From contig OZ024750.1 in assembly GCA_964016885.1 (NCBI GenBank), forward strand, positions 2,852,001-2,916,000: 64,000 nucleotides of DNA, given 5' to 3'. The position numbers and the translations under genes were made by a program. The notes beneath the pieces were generated by a model. The model had not been told where the DNA came from, ran no database searches, and was given only the letters and a program-made list of their open reading frames with translations. This DNA is from Eledone cirrhosa. Its lineage: Eukaryota. This document shows, piece after piece, positions 1 to 12,917 of the stretch (positions are counted from its first letter, which is position 1; every line of letters begins with the position of its first letter).

Positions 1-66
1 TATCAACAGAGCTCTCACCCGGTACTCTATTTTATCAACAGAGCATCTTTGTACAACTCCAGACAG

Positions 67-200
67 CTCTACAACCACAGGCAACATATGTCTCTACAAC
101 CACAGGCAGCATATGTCTCTACAACCACAGGCAGCATATGTCTCTACAACCACAGGCAGCATATGTCTCTACAACCACAGGCAGCATATGTCTCTATAAC
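67..200. repeat. 25-bp tandem repeat, ~5 copies
   Basis: Unit CTCTACAACCACAGGCAGCATATGT repeated head to tail. Confidence 0.95.
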
Positions 201-400
201 CAACAACTGCTTCATTGAATGGCTAATCAAGCATGTGATTAAGTTAGCCACTGTGTCAGCACTTTAATAAATATTCATAAAATTAAATAAGACAAGTTTG
301 CATGCTCACAAATTTAATAGAATTTCTAAAATGAAATAAGTTAAGTAGCATAGAGTCAATTAATTAATAAAGTGAAAGTAGAAAGATGACTGTTGATGGC

Positions 401-1216
401 TCAATGGACAGTGATCTGTGGCACTCAATTGGCAGGGTGACACCATCATTATCAATGGACAGTGATCTGTGGCACTCAATTGGCAGGGTGACACCATCAT
501 TATCAATGGACAGTGATCTGTGGCACTCAATTGGCAGGGTGACACCATCATTATCAATGGACAGTGATCTGTGGCACTCAATTGGCAGGGTGACACCATC
601 ATTATCAATGGACAGTGATCTGTGGCACTCAATTGGCAGGGTGACACCATCATTATCAATGGACAGTGATCTGTGGCACTCAATTGGCAGGGTGACACCA
701 TCATTATCAATGGACAGTGATCTGTGGCACTCAATTGGCAGGGTGACACCATCATTATCAATGGACAGTGATCTGTGGCACTCAATTGGCAGGGTGACAC
801 CATCATTATCAATGGACAGTGATCTGTGGCACTCAATTGGCAGGGTGACACCATCATTATCAATGGACAGTGATCTGTGGCACTCAATTGGCAGGGTGAC
901 ACCATCATTATCAATGGACAGTGATCTGTGGCACTCAATTGGCAGGGTGACACCATCATTATCAATGGACAGTGATCTGTGGCACTCAATTGGCAGGGTG
1001 ACACCATCATTATCAATGGACAGTGATCTGTGGCGCTCAATTGGCAGGGTGACACCATCATTATCAATGGACAGTGATCTGTGGCACTCAATTGGCAGGG
1101 TGACACCATCATTATCAATGGACAGTGATCTGTGGCACTCAATTGGCAGGGTGACACCATCATTATCAATGGACAGTGATCTGTGGCACTCAATTGGCAG
1201 GGTGACACCATCATTA
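401..1216. repeat. 51-bp minisatellite, 16 near-identical copies
   Basis: Unit TCAATGGACAGTGATCTGTGGCACTCAATTGGCAGGGTGACACCATCATTA; one A>G variant near 1035. It explains the three overlapping repetitive ORFs. Confidence 0.97.
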
Positions 1217-1220
1217 TCAT

Positions 1221-1476
1221 TTAACCCTTTTGTTACTGTATTTTTAATAAAATACACTGTCTATGTCTCAATTAATTTTGAAAAGCATCAAGAATTCGGA
1301 GGAATTTAATAAACTAATTAACCTTTTCAAGCTGATGTTTGGAATATTACTTTTCCTTAAAATAGTTTTGACGGACAGTTTTAATATAAATATGAATATT
1401 TTAAAAGGGGGAGTTTTGTATCATTATGATACAGAACGATGGCAGCTTCAGACAGTTTGGTATCAAAAGGGGTTAA
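1221..1476. mobile_element. TTAA-flanked MITE, family 2 (piggyBac-like ends); relatives at about 11250-11715, 16888-17120, 25027-25195, 28671-28896, 55980-56243
   Basis: TTAACCCTTTTG...CAAAAGGGGTTAA inverted ends. The internal sequence (aatataaatatgaatatttt...gttttgtatca) recurs at the other loci. Confidence 0.65.
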
Positions 1477-2664
1477 TAGTTAAAAGTTAAGGGCTGAACA
1501 CTTGTTTGAGGCGGGGCTTCATCTCTGAAGACCTGCTGTTCAGCTCCCCTGAGAGTTTCTTACAACTGATGGATGGACAGTTTCAACATAAATATGAATA
1601 TTTAAAAGTCACGAGTGTTTTGTATCATAAAACCAGGGCAGTTTCAGACAGTTTGGCACCAAAAGGGGGATTAACAGGTTTCATTGCTTCAATAAAAAAT
1701 GCTGTATTTCTTTACATCTTCTAAATCACAGTTATTGCTTTCTAACAATGGCACATGGCCAAAATATTGCAAGGGGTATAAGTGGTTAAATTGACTCTGT
1801 ACTTGATTGTTAGTCAACTATTTATGAACCCAGGATTTGAACACAGATAAACAACAAAATCCTTCAAGGAGTTTTCTCTAATGCTATACCAATTCAGCTA
1901 CTCATTGCCTTCTATACTATATACTAGAGACAACTAGATAAATGGGTTGGTACCAGAAAGAAGATCTGGTTGTAAAACATTGCCTTTAAAAAAAAGGACC
2001 TTTTGATGAGTATGAAACCAATGATGAGGCCCACAAGGCTTTAGCAGAGAAAACGGTCTTAAAACTCTTGTAGATATATTCTATTGTCTAGAAATGAGAT
2101 ACATGCCTGATGGTTTTAGAAAATAATACTTCGGTGCCTATGCAACCATTAATCAGAATTAATCCTTTATAGTTCTTAATTAAAACCCTCGCAACCAACA
2201 AAATGAGTAGCAGGAAAGATTTTGTAGCCATATGCTGATATATAAATCATTATTATATTTCTTTTATTTCATAAATTCGATATAACATCAACTACTTAGA
2301 AATATTGATCCAACATTATGGAAAATCTCAGGGCTATATCCGTACATGAGTTTTGTAAGAAATATATCAGAAATGAAACAAAGAATGCATTAAGACTGTC
2401 TGGAAATTCTAAATGAATCAATTAAAGAACACTGTTAGCATGTATAAAGTAAGGTTTTTGTCTTAGAAAGCTGAATGATAGAAAATATCCAATATTGATT
2501 TTATGTGAAACTTATACCAGCAATGGTATTTTATTTTTTGGTGGCACTCAGTTCCCAGTCCTTGAACAATCAAAGTCAGATTTTTCTTTACCTTCCTGAC
2601 TTTTCTTTCTAATTTTGTTTCAGTAATTCTTGTTACTGTCTTCAGTTGTTAAAAGGCTTATCAA

Positions 2665-2668
<4 letters not shown>

Positions 2669-2742
<74 letters not shown>

Positions 2743-2895
2743 GACATATATATATACATACACACACACACACACACATATATATATACACACACACACA
2801 CTCACACATATATATATATATATACACACACACAGACATATATATATACATACACACACACACACATATATATATATACACACACACACTCACAC

Positions 2896-2928
<33 letters not shown>

Positions 2929-3017
2929 TACACACATATATACATACATACACTCACACACATATTCATACATATATACACATATACATATATATTCTTA
3001 CACAAACACACACACAC
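2669..3017. repeat. large (TA)n/(CA)n/(GA)n microsatellite fields; also about 14640-15070, 20405-20511, 23655-24010, 30020-30210, 33686-34144, 39880-40400, 41015-41270, 46860-47570, 47770-48075, 52190-52310, 59370-59540
   Basis: Seen directly; the source of the YIYI/VCVC/ERER pseudo-ORFs. Confidence 0.98.
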
Positions 3018-3922
3018 GTTTATATTTCAATAGCTAGTTTCTGAATGAAGAATTGTTAGAATAAAAAAACCACTAAGATCTAAGATTTATCATTATTATT
3101 ATCCTTATTATTAAAAGAAACCATTATTATTATTATTGTTATTATCAATATATAAAGTGACATATATATTATTTCTTAAAAGATTTATATCAATGGTAAA
3201 GACATATCAGAATTTCATCTTGTCAAATTTACTTTGAGAAGTAAAAATAGTAAAAGAAATCTGAAGAATAATTGGCTATGATAGGATGGCAGCAAATATG
3301 ATTGTAAACACTGTAAATAAAGATCAACTAGTTTTCTAGATACTTCAGTTTTAGAGCTTATATTGAAAGAACATAATATATGGTGGCATGGCTGTGTAGG
3401 GAATGAGTTCATGCCACAACCAACAACATGGTTTCAATTTTATTCTCACTGGACAAATGTTATCAACTAAATGTTATCTACTAGAGCCTATGAGTAAAAT
3501 TTGGCAGATGGAAACTGCAGAAGCCCATTGTGTGTTTTTTGTTGGATCACCATTCTGAAGAGCAGATAGATAATGGAGTTGGGTTCATAACTTCTATGGT
3601 TGACCCTGAACCAATCTTTTGTGAAACACATGTAACAAGTCGATACTCAATAAAAAAACAACAACTAAATACATGTAAATGAAACTTCATTGATTTTCTT
3701 AATATATACACTCTGCCTGTGCATCAAATGGTCGTTTTGGTACCAATACCAGTAATTTACTGAATGACCTACACTATATATATATGGGGAAGAAGGTTCA
3801 GTAAATCTGTAGAACTGGTGAGAGAACCAAAGTCAGTAGTTGACACTAGAGCAGAGTGTCTATATATCAGAACAAAGTAGAGGTGTTACATCAAGAAATT
3901 TATTGATCAATAAATTTTTTAA

Positions 3923-4345
3923 TGTAACACCTCCACATGTATATATGTATGTAAGAATGATACTTATTCTGTCTCTCTGTTTAATAACCTGCTTATATTG
4001 TTCTCTGCAAAATATTAGATATGTCGTTTCCTATGATATTGGCAGTGTGGAAGCGCTCTGAGGTTTCGGATTTTTAGTCTCAATTCTCTCATTGAGCAAC
4101 AATAGAACAACATGATTGCTGTATTATATATCTTTAGTGAATTGGTTTATTGGTTTAATCTTGTGCGGAAGATACCGCTGGTAACCAACCACTAATTCAA
4201 TAAGAAAAAAGATATAGAGAGCTGCTCGTCAGAACGAGGCCGGGAGCGAATAAGAGAGTGAGAAACACAAGTCTCGTCTATTTATAATGCCTACGGGAAG
4301 TAACTTTAATTAATTCTCTTTTTTTTTACCCTAGGGGTCGCTACA
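3923..4345. mobile_element. possible solo LTR
   Basis: Starts TGTAACACC and ends GGTCGCTACA (TG...CA, imperfect inverted ends); CpG-richer than the flanks. No clear TSD. Confidence 0.3.
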
Positions 4346-4595
4346 TATCAATCTCCTTTTTCATATATATGTATACACACACATATATATAAGTGTGTAT
4401 ATATGTATATGTGTGTGTGTGTGTGGATGTGTTTATGTCCTGTAACTTAGCATTTCAACTAAAAAGAGATTTATAAAATATATACCAAACTTGAAAAAAA
4501 ATATGATTGACTTAATTACTTTAAGGTGCCAATCCAGCATGGCCACAGTCAAATGACAGAAACCAATAAAAATAAAAAATCAAAGGTTGTTTTAC

Positions 4596-4765
4596 CTGAT
4601 TTCCATTGATGTGGTCATCAGAGTGAGCCATCGCTGGTTCATCTCCTCCAGACGATGGTGGAGCTGTGTAGTATCTTGTGCCACCATGGTTCTTGCAAGT
4701 TGATTACCAGCACTTGTTAATGATTCATAAGCATTTTGGTGAGAATCTACTTCTGCCTGAATTTC
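4596..4765 (-). CDS. DMD: dystrophin (dystrophin/utrophin family) internal exon, spectrin repeat; equivalent to human DMD exon 56
   Basis: 170-nt exon between a poly-T acceptor (tttttttttgtgtag) and donor AG|gtaaa. Translates EIQAEVDSHQNAYESLTSAGNQLARTMVAQDTTQLHHRLEEMNQRWLTLMTTSMEI(R), which aligns by eye to human exon 56 as recalled (DLQGEIEAHTDVYHNL...LLQRRLDNMNFKWSELRKKSLNIR), with the same phase 0/phase 2 boundaries. Confidence 0.9.
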
Positions 4766-5199
4766 CTACACAAAAAAAAAAAGAGAGGAAAAAAATATAT
4801 ATTTAAAAACTGTAGATAAAACTGTAGATAAAACTATAGAAAAGAGAACAGAGCACATTAGTTTTATCAAGATCAATGAAAGATAATAATATATGTGACA
4901 TTGATGAAATATTACATATAAATAATAGGAATAAATTTGCCAAACTAAAGACATTATAAAAAGAAAATATATTGACCAACAGATTATTTATTCATCCAAA
5001 CATTCTGGTTTTGAAGAAAAACAATATAAAATTTGCTGGTGTTAGTGATGACATTGTGTATGTGTGTATATATATATATACGTTATATATATATACACAT
5101 TATATATATATATATAACATACATATATACACATTATATATATATAACATATATATATACACATTATATATATATACACACATTATATATATTTCCAAA

Positions 5200-5389
5200 G
5201 GCGGTGGATTGGCAGTATCGGTAGAGGGTCGGACGCCATGCTTTCCAGCATAGACTTACGGCCCTTGCCATTCTGAGTTCAAATCCCGCCGAGGTTAACT
5301 TTGCCTTTCATCCTTATGGGGTCGATAAAATAAAGTACCAGTAATGTACTGGGTAATTGCTGGCCTTGTGCCAAAAGTAGAAACAATTA
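5200..5389 (+). mobile_element. tRNA-derived SINE family 1, full length; other copies about 9263-9443(-), 13135-13347(-), 26603-26706(-), 36283-36491(-), 39340-39490(-), 49060-49139(+), 57404-57577(-), 61083-61275(-)
   Basis: Box A TGGCAGTATCGG, box B GAGTTCAAATCC, and central TTTCATCC...GGGGTCGATAAAATAAAGTACCAG (resembles the Nin/Deu SINE domain). The 9263 copy has an ~11-bp TSD, TGATATATAAT. Confidence 0.9.
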
Positions 5390-5399
5390 TATATATTTA

Positions 5400-5446
<47 letters not shown>

Positions 5447-5558
5447 AGGTTGACGGGACTAGTATAAGGTTTCCCTGCTAGTACCGGTTTCATCTCAGTG
5501 TACTCAATAGGTAAGGTTATGTACAAATCGCAGAGTAGATACAAAGTTATATATACAC

Positions 5559-5598
<40 letters not shown>

Positions 5599-6074
5599 CT
5601 GATGACTGAACTGGACATTTGTGTAAAGATCGTCTTGTCTCCTGAAACATTTGGTAATGGAATAATTATATTGTGTTGTTTATTATGTAATTAAATAGCT
5701 CTGTACTTTACATAGAGCACTCTTCTTTCCTTTACCTGTTCTATGGAAATACTTAACATATATATATCTAAACCGATGCTGGCATGGAAGATAAACGTTA
5801 AACGATGCTGATGATGATGATATATGTTAGGTAATTCCAAAGGAAAAGCAAAGGAAAAAAGAGTGCTCTATGTAAAGTACAGAGCTATTTAATTACATAA
5901 TAAACAACACAATATAATTATTCCATTACCAAATGTTTCAGGAGACAAGACGATCTTTACACAAATGTCCAGTTCAGTCATCTGACGACCGATCTAGACG
6001 TATATTATTATCGTCTGTGATCCAGAAACCTTTGGTAATGGATTAGTTATATTTTGTGTTGTTCAATTTCTATT

Positions 6075-6078
<4 letters not shown>
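5599..6078. mobile_element. hammerhead-bearing Penelope-like/retrozyme-like family A, three pieces in alternating orientation within (TA)n
   Basis: 122-bp perfect inverted repeat 5601-5722/5861-5982; CTGAYGA...GAAAC..TTTGGTAATGG motifs; homologous to 55621-55860. Confidence 0.7.
5978..6041 (+). ncRNA. type I hammerhead ribozyme motif (family A, partly degenerate)
   Basis: tcat-CUGACGA-[stem II gauc-uagacg...cgucug-u-gauc]-GAAA-CC uuu GG-UA-augg. Confidence 0.5.
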
Positions 6079-6130
<52 letters not shown>

Positions 6131-7029
6131 AAAAGAGACAGGACCCCGATGGCTGAGCTCCGACCGTTTTGACAGCTAGATCGGAATATATATATATTCA
6201 AATCCAGTATCAAACCATAGCCTGATAAAATATGCAAAGAAAGAAAAGTCTAATTGGAATTTTGATGCTCACAATATTAAATATGTTATGACTAACTTAA
6301 ATAAATAGTTAGAAATTTAAGAAAAGCAACTATTCACACAATATTAACTGTTTCATACACACCCTATTATTTTTCCTAATGTTTCCTAAATTCCTATTAT
6401 TCTTTACTGCCCATTCCAATTATTCTGGTACCAATGATACATTTGCAATCCCCTCACCACATCAGCTTCAGTACATCTTTATCATACTTTATCTTTCAGC
6501 ATATCTTTATCATCCCAATTATCTCTCTCTGCTTCCACCAGACATCTCACTTCCATTAATGAAGATATTATTATATCTTCCTAAAATATAACTATCTAGT
6601 TACATTTAACAATGCCAAAATGCTAATATCAAGAACTCTACTATGCTTCCAATTACCACAAACAATTTTCAAAAACCACAGAGTAAGTTCTGTTCGCTTA
6701 TGCAAGATACAAGATTTCACTTGAAAGTCTCATATTCTTAGCATTTCTAAAATCATTTGAAGATGACCTGGTTTCTGATTTAGAGGACTGAGAAGCTGTT
6801 CACTATCTCCAATGTCAAAATATATCAAATCACCATAATTTTTATATTTGCATTTCCATTCTTGCATAGGCTGAATGGATCCTTTTTAAAACAACATCTT
6901 GCCACTTGCTGCATTTCTTTGACATCTCTTTCATGAAGTCCTTCATGATGCCATCCCATACCTTATTCTAAGTATGGTATCTGTATCAGCAAGCTGCTCA
7001 ACATTACCAAACTTAGACCAATTACATCA

Positions 7030-7280
7030 ATTGTCAAGTCAAGAGTACTCAAACTATATGGTCATATAAAAAGATCAACTCATGGTGTGAGTAGGTTATG
7101 CCTGGAAGGAAAGTTGGTTGGTAAGAGAAGCAGAGGCTGGCATTCAAAACGATGGCTTGATAATGTCAACTTATGGACTGGACTTGATCTTTGCTCTTTA
7201 AACTCTGCTGTTGGTGATCAAACTTTGTGGAGAAAAATATCTCATGTTGATGCGCAGTCTGCAACTGGCAGAGTTTAGCA
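7030..7280 (+). mobile_element. RTE-clade LINE 3' fragment (end of ORF2)
   Basis: Translates LKLYGHIKRS...CLEGKLVGKRSRGWHSKRWLDNV, the GH..R...EG...G.R.RG....RW.D motif at the RTE ORF2 C-terminus. Confidence 0.75.
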
Positions 7281-7547
7281 TCAAAGTAGTAATATACCTC
7301 TGGCATCTGTTGAACTTGTTATGCTGCTGAATGTATTGTTTATAAAAGATGACAAACAACTGCCATAGCAGGCTTTTTATAAGTGGTGTTGACATTTGTG
7401 GCTCATTACACAAACACAGTAATGGTCAGTTGAGGCTATATTTAAAGAAAGTTGCTTGGTAAACCAATCTATCCCATTCTTGTCTTCACTCAGACTCATA
7501 GCAGAGCATCATTAGCCAAACAATTTCAGTGATTATTTTGCAGATAT

Positions 7548-7847
7548 TTAACCCTGTAGCATTTACATTACTCTATATATACTATTGTATTTTCACAGTA
7601 AAGGCTTTACCTCACATAATATCTCACATAACATTTACATTACTCTATATATACTATTGTATTTTCATGGTAAACACTTTACTTCACATAATTATCTCAC
7701 ATAATATCAAATCTACAAGATTTTTGTTTTATATATTTTCAGAACAATACCTTGACGTCAGTATGAGCCGCCAGTTACAAATGGTTTGAACAGAAAGAGG
7801 TGGGAAAGTCTGGTCAGATATGGCTGGTTTAAATGCTAAAGGGTTAA
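7548..7847 (+). mobile_element. TTAA-flanked MITE family 1 (piggyBac-like); other copies 11433-11657, 17610-17837, 24793-25021, 42142-43018, 54243-54576 (partial), 62089-62274
   Basis: TTAA-CCCTTTAGCATTTA...TAAATGCTAAAGGG-TTAA terminal inverted repeats; conserved interior; variable number of a 72-bp subterminal unit. Confidence 0.85.
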
Positions 7848-9671
7848 ACCAATTCTAATTATCAAAAAGCTTCATACTACTGTTTCAATTGAGTTTAATT
7901 GATTGCCATTGTATACAAATAACAATGAATTTAGTATGCATGAGTGTTTAAATTAAATACTGATAGAATTTATCATGGACATTTTTTAACCTCCCACAAA
8001 ATAGCAGTTGGTGAAAATTGTATACAACAAACAATATTGAATTAAATTTTTCCAGTGATGTGACTATATGAATGTGATTCATAAATAAAGTGAACTGATT
8101 GTATTTGAAACTTGAATAGTAGAGAATATATTTAAAACGATAGTTTGTAAGAGACCAAAACTGAAGTAAATCAATAAAGACTGACAATCAACAATGAACA
8201 GAGTTTAGTATGTAAGACTAAATAAAAGACTGATATTCTTTATGTTACCATCAAAAGCCAATAACCAAGTGGTAACAATGAATTTAGAGGTGAAGAGAAC
8301 CCAATCAAAAGACTAATCGAATATGGAATTGAACCATACAATATCTAAAACTATACAAAATAAATAAATAAACAAAAATCAGGACATAATGATTGTTCTT
8401 TTATTGATTACCAAGCAGAAATTGGCAACATCCTGTATATAAACTTTTAAAAAATAATCAAAATGTTTAACTAAATTTTTGAAAAAGTCAAGGGAAAAAT
8501 GCTATGAATAGAGTTAGAAGTGTTTGTCACCCCCTCCATCATCAAACTTTAAACAGACTTCATATTATCCTATTTTTTTTTTTATCTTTGGGGTTTACCT
8601 TTGCATTCATAAGAAACATAAAAATTAAAAACAAGAATCTTATGAATAGACTGAACGCAGTAATTCAAAATAAATATGAATTGCATTTATACAGCTCATG
8701 AGCAAGGAATAACCATGAATGAAAAGTATACTTGCTATAGAAATCACTTTTAAGGGAGAAAAAAAAAACAAAACACAGTTATTTTGATTCTGCACCTCAC
8801 AACATGATCCTAACCAGTACAGCATGAATTCTTTCATAAGTTATTTGTGACTGTCATGTGATAGCAAGAGAGGAAAACAGCATTGGTAACCATTGGAATT
8901 ATAGAAAAGAAATATTCTTACATTCACAGAACCATTGTACTTCCTGTCATGTTTATATTTGTTAGTTCTACAGTTGTATTTAAGAAATAAAGGTGTTTAT
9001 GCCTAAATGTCAAGTTATTTTAAAGCTAAATGATTACTATACTTGTCAATTCCTCTACTCCTCTATAATGATTCACACCAGGTACATATTTCAGGAAAAA
9101 TTATAAACATTTTTATGATGGTAGGATAATTAATTTTGATATATAAGAATCAATAGCAGACTTTAAAATAATCATAGGATTCTAACATCTTCACTAAACA
9201 CTTTCCAATTATATTCCTAAACTGGTGGTGTGATCACAAGTTAAAATCATAATATGATATATAATTGTTTCTACTTTTGGCACAAGGCCAGCAATTACCC
9301 AGTACATTACTGGTACTTTATTTTATCGACCCCGTAAGGATGAAAGGCAAAGTCAACCTCGGCGGGATTTGAACTCAGATCGTAAAGGGACGTAACTGGG
9401 CTGGAAAGCATGGCGTCCGACCCTCTACTGATACTGCCAATCCTGATATATAATGGTAGTTATATAACTGTATAAATCATAATATTTATAGAGAACATAA
9501 ATACTTAGAAAGTCAGAGACAAAGAGACTTTGTTTTGTTTTGTATATAGTATTTCAAAGAACAAAATAAATTTAATACACAAAAATAATGCTGTGTGTTG
9601 GCTTGCATAAAAAATTTCTAAGGACCATTGTGGTGTGTAAATGACTAAACTAACAGCTAGCCATTGCAGAG

Positions 9672-10941
9672 TGTAAACCTTTAAAGATAAACTATTATAT
9701 CAGAGTAAACCTTTAAGGATCTATTATATCAGAGTAAACCTTTAAGGATGATCTATTACATCAGTGTAAACCTTTAAGATTAAACTATTATATCAGAGTA
9801 AACCTTTAAAGATCTATTATATCAGAGTAAACCTTTAAGATTAAACTATTATATCAGAGTAAACCTTTAAAGATAAACTATTATATCAGAGTAAACCTTT
9901 AAGATTAAACTATTATATCAGAGTAAACCTTTAAGGATCTATTATATCAGCGTAAACCTTTAAGATTAAACTATTATATCAGAGTAAACCTTTAAAGATA
10001 AACTATTATATCAGAGTAAACCTTTAAGATTAAACTATTATATCAGAGTAAACCTTTAAGGATCTATTATATCAGAGTAAACCTTTAAGGATCTATTATA
10101 TCAGAGTAAACCTTTAAGGATCTATTATATCAGAGTAAACCTTTAAGGATCTATTATATCAGAGTAAACCTTTAAGGATCTATTATATCAGAGTAAACCT
10201 TTAAAGATAAACTATTATATCAGAGTAAACCTTTAAGGATCTATTATATCAGAGTAAACCTTTAAGATTAAACTATTATATCAGAGTAAACCTTTAAGAT
10301 TAAACTATTATATCAGAGTAAACCTTTAAGATTAAACTATTATATCAGAGTAAACCTTTAAGGATCTATTATATCAGAGTAAACCTTTAAGGATGATCTG
10401 TTACATCAGAGTAAACCTTTAAGGATCCATTACATCAGAGTAAACCTTTAAGGATCTATTATATCAGAGTAAACCTTTAAGGATCTATTACATCAGAGTA
10501 AACCTTTAAGGATCTATTATATCAGAGTAAACCTTTAAGGATCTATTATATCAGAGTAAACCTTTAAGGATCTATTATATCAGAGTAAACCTTTAAGGAT
10601 CTATTATATCAGAGTAAACCTTTAAGGATCTATTATATCAGAGTAAACCTTTAAAGATCTATTATATCAGAGTAAACCTTTAAGGATCTATTATATCAGA
10701 GTAAACCTTTAAGGATCTATTATATCAGAGTAAACCTTTAAGGATCTATTATATCAGAGTAAACCTTTAAGGATCTATTATATCAGAGTAAACCTTTAAA
10801 GATAAACTATTATATCAGAGTAAACCTTTAAGGATCTATTATATCAGAGTAAACCTTTAAGATTAAACTATTATATCAGAGTAAACCTTTAAGATTAAAC
10901 TATTATATCAGAGTAAACCTTTAAGGATCTATTATATCAGA
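9672..10941. repeat. 29/32-bp minisatellite, ~42 copies
   Basis: Interspersed units AGAGTAAACCTTTAAGGATCTATTATATC and AGAGTAAACCTTTAAGATTAAACTATTATATC. Confidence 0.95.
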
Positions 10942-11972
10942 TTACAATTTTCCTAAGATGGTTAACAAGAACAATGATGAACACCTGGTACCATGTTTGA
11001 AAGTGAAATTTGATTCTTTAAAAATAAAAGAGTTTTACAAACCAATATTGAAAAACTTAAAAGGAAAAAAAATAAAGGTTGAGATCGAGTGAACCAATTA
11101 ATGGTTCATACAGTTTATATGTTAATAGGACTGAAGTTTTATAGATAAACCAAAGCGTTAATTAACACATGACAGGCATATGAGAAACAAGCCAATAGTT
11201 ACAAGTCTAATTTGCATACAGGATGTCATAATTCAGACAAGCTAATTTACATGACTGCAATACCATATTTCTAACGAAAGATACTACCTATGTTTCAATT
11301 AATTTTAAAAATAATCAAGATTTTGGATGAATTTAGAAATATAACTACTTTGTTTTTGTTATTAAGTTGATGTTCAGGGCATTAGAACAGTTCTTACATA
11401 AAATTATGACAAAAGATTTTAATATAAATATATGAACACTTTAGCATTTAAATCGGCCGTATCCGGCCAAAATTCTCTCACCTCCTTCTGTTCAAACCGG
11501 CTGAAACTAGCCACTCATATTGATGTTAAGGTAGTGTTCTCAAAATATGCAATATCAAAATCTGATAGACACAATATTATGTGAGATATGTGAGGTAAAG
11601 ACTTTACCATGAAAATACAATGGTAAATATAGAGTAATGTAAATGCTAAAGGGTTAAAAGAAGTTTTGTATCATAAAACCACAAGTGGTTTCTGACACGG
11701 TACCAAAAGAGTTAAATCGCAATACTGATGGGGGAAAAGAAACATCACTCAAGCTAAATTTTACATTAATACAAATTCCCAAGGAGAGAAATTATGGGAA
11801 AAAATCATCACCAGATTAAAGCTGTATGTGTAAATTAAATAATGATTTATTACTGAATTCACAATGAGCTGAAAAGGGATGAAACTAAATACCATAAGGC
11901 ACAATTGATTCTGTCTGTCTACTACACCTAATTCAGTAATAATGATTTATCAGAGAAAGTGGACATTAAATT

Positions 11973-12400
11973 ATGATGATGATTGTGATGATGATGATGA
12001 CCATGATCATGATGAAGGTGATGACGGTGGTGATGATGATGATGACGATGGTGATGATGATGATGACGATGGTGATGATGATGAAGATGGTGGTGGTGAT
12101 GATGATGATGATGATGATGGTGGTGGTGATGATGGTGGTGGTGATGATTGTGATGGTAGTGGTGGTGATGACGATGGTGATGACGATGATGATGATGATG
12201 ACGATGGTGATGACGATGATGGTGGTGATAATGGTGATGATGGTGATGGTGATGATGGTGGTGGTGGTGATGGTGATGGTGATGATGGTGATGGTGATGA
12301 TGGTGATGATGATGATGGTGATGATGATGATGATGGTGATGATGATGGTGATGATGATGATGGTGATGATGATGATGGTGATGATGATGATGATGATGAT
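11973..12400. repeat. compound (GAT/GGT/GAC)n trinucleotide tract
   Basis: Seen directly; produces the poly-Asp/Gly, poly-Met and poly-Ile pseudo-ORFs. Confidence 0.95.
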
Positions 12401-12496
12401 ATGTCGTAATTTTAAAAGAGAGACAAAATGAGAGACAAAATCACCGAAGGTGAGATCTGAAGTCAAAATTCTAAACCGACAAAATTAGATACGACA

Positions 12497-12917
12497 TATT
12501 CCCAGATCCCAAATAATTAGAGGGGAGGGTGGTAGGTGTTTGGAATAAATGGGTGGGTTGGGATTAGCTGGGGATTGGAAAATTGTTAATTTTTCTAGGT
12601 TGTCTCGGTTGATTATCTAAAAAAAAACAACAGAATTATTGGTTTAGTTTACATAGAGACCCCAGCCCTTCCTATTTTATAACATGTCGGATTTCTAGTA
12701 ATGTACTTTTTTATGTTATGTATAATAATGTTTTTTTTATGTATAAAGAAAATTAATTGTCACAGGAATGCTACCACTTAAAATAAAATTTGACCAGAGA
12801 TAGATTAGCAAAATTTCATAAGTGGGGGGAGGGTGTTCGGAATAAGAGTGGTGGGAGTTGGAAAAATCTGAAAAATTAATAAGTGGGACACACACGATTA
12901 TTCGAGACCTGAGAATA
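12497..12917. mobile_element. non-autonomous DNA transposon with TA ends
   Basis: Left end TATTCCCAGATCCCAAATAAT versus right-end reverse complement TATTCTCAGGTCTCGAATAAT (imperfect TIRs). Confidence 0.55.

Noticed and set aside
360-1309. Three 286-307 aa ORFs and a CRISPR-like periodicity
   Set aside because: Pure 51-bp tandem repeat with no unique spacers and no cas genes; eukaryotic intron.
11942-12409. Asp/Gly-rich ORF resembling acidic shell-matrix proteins
   Set aside because: Trinucleotide microsatellite open in several frames; no signal peptide or exon structure; (GAT)n tracts are common here.
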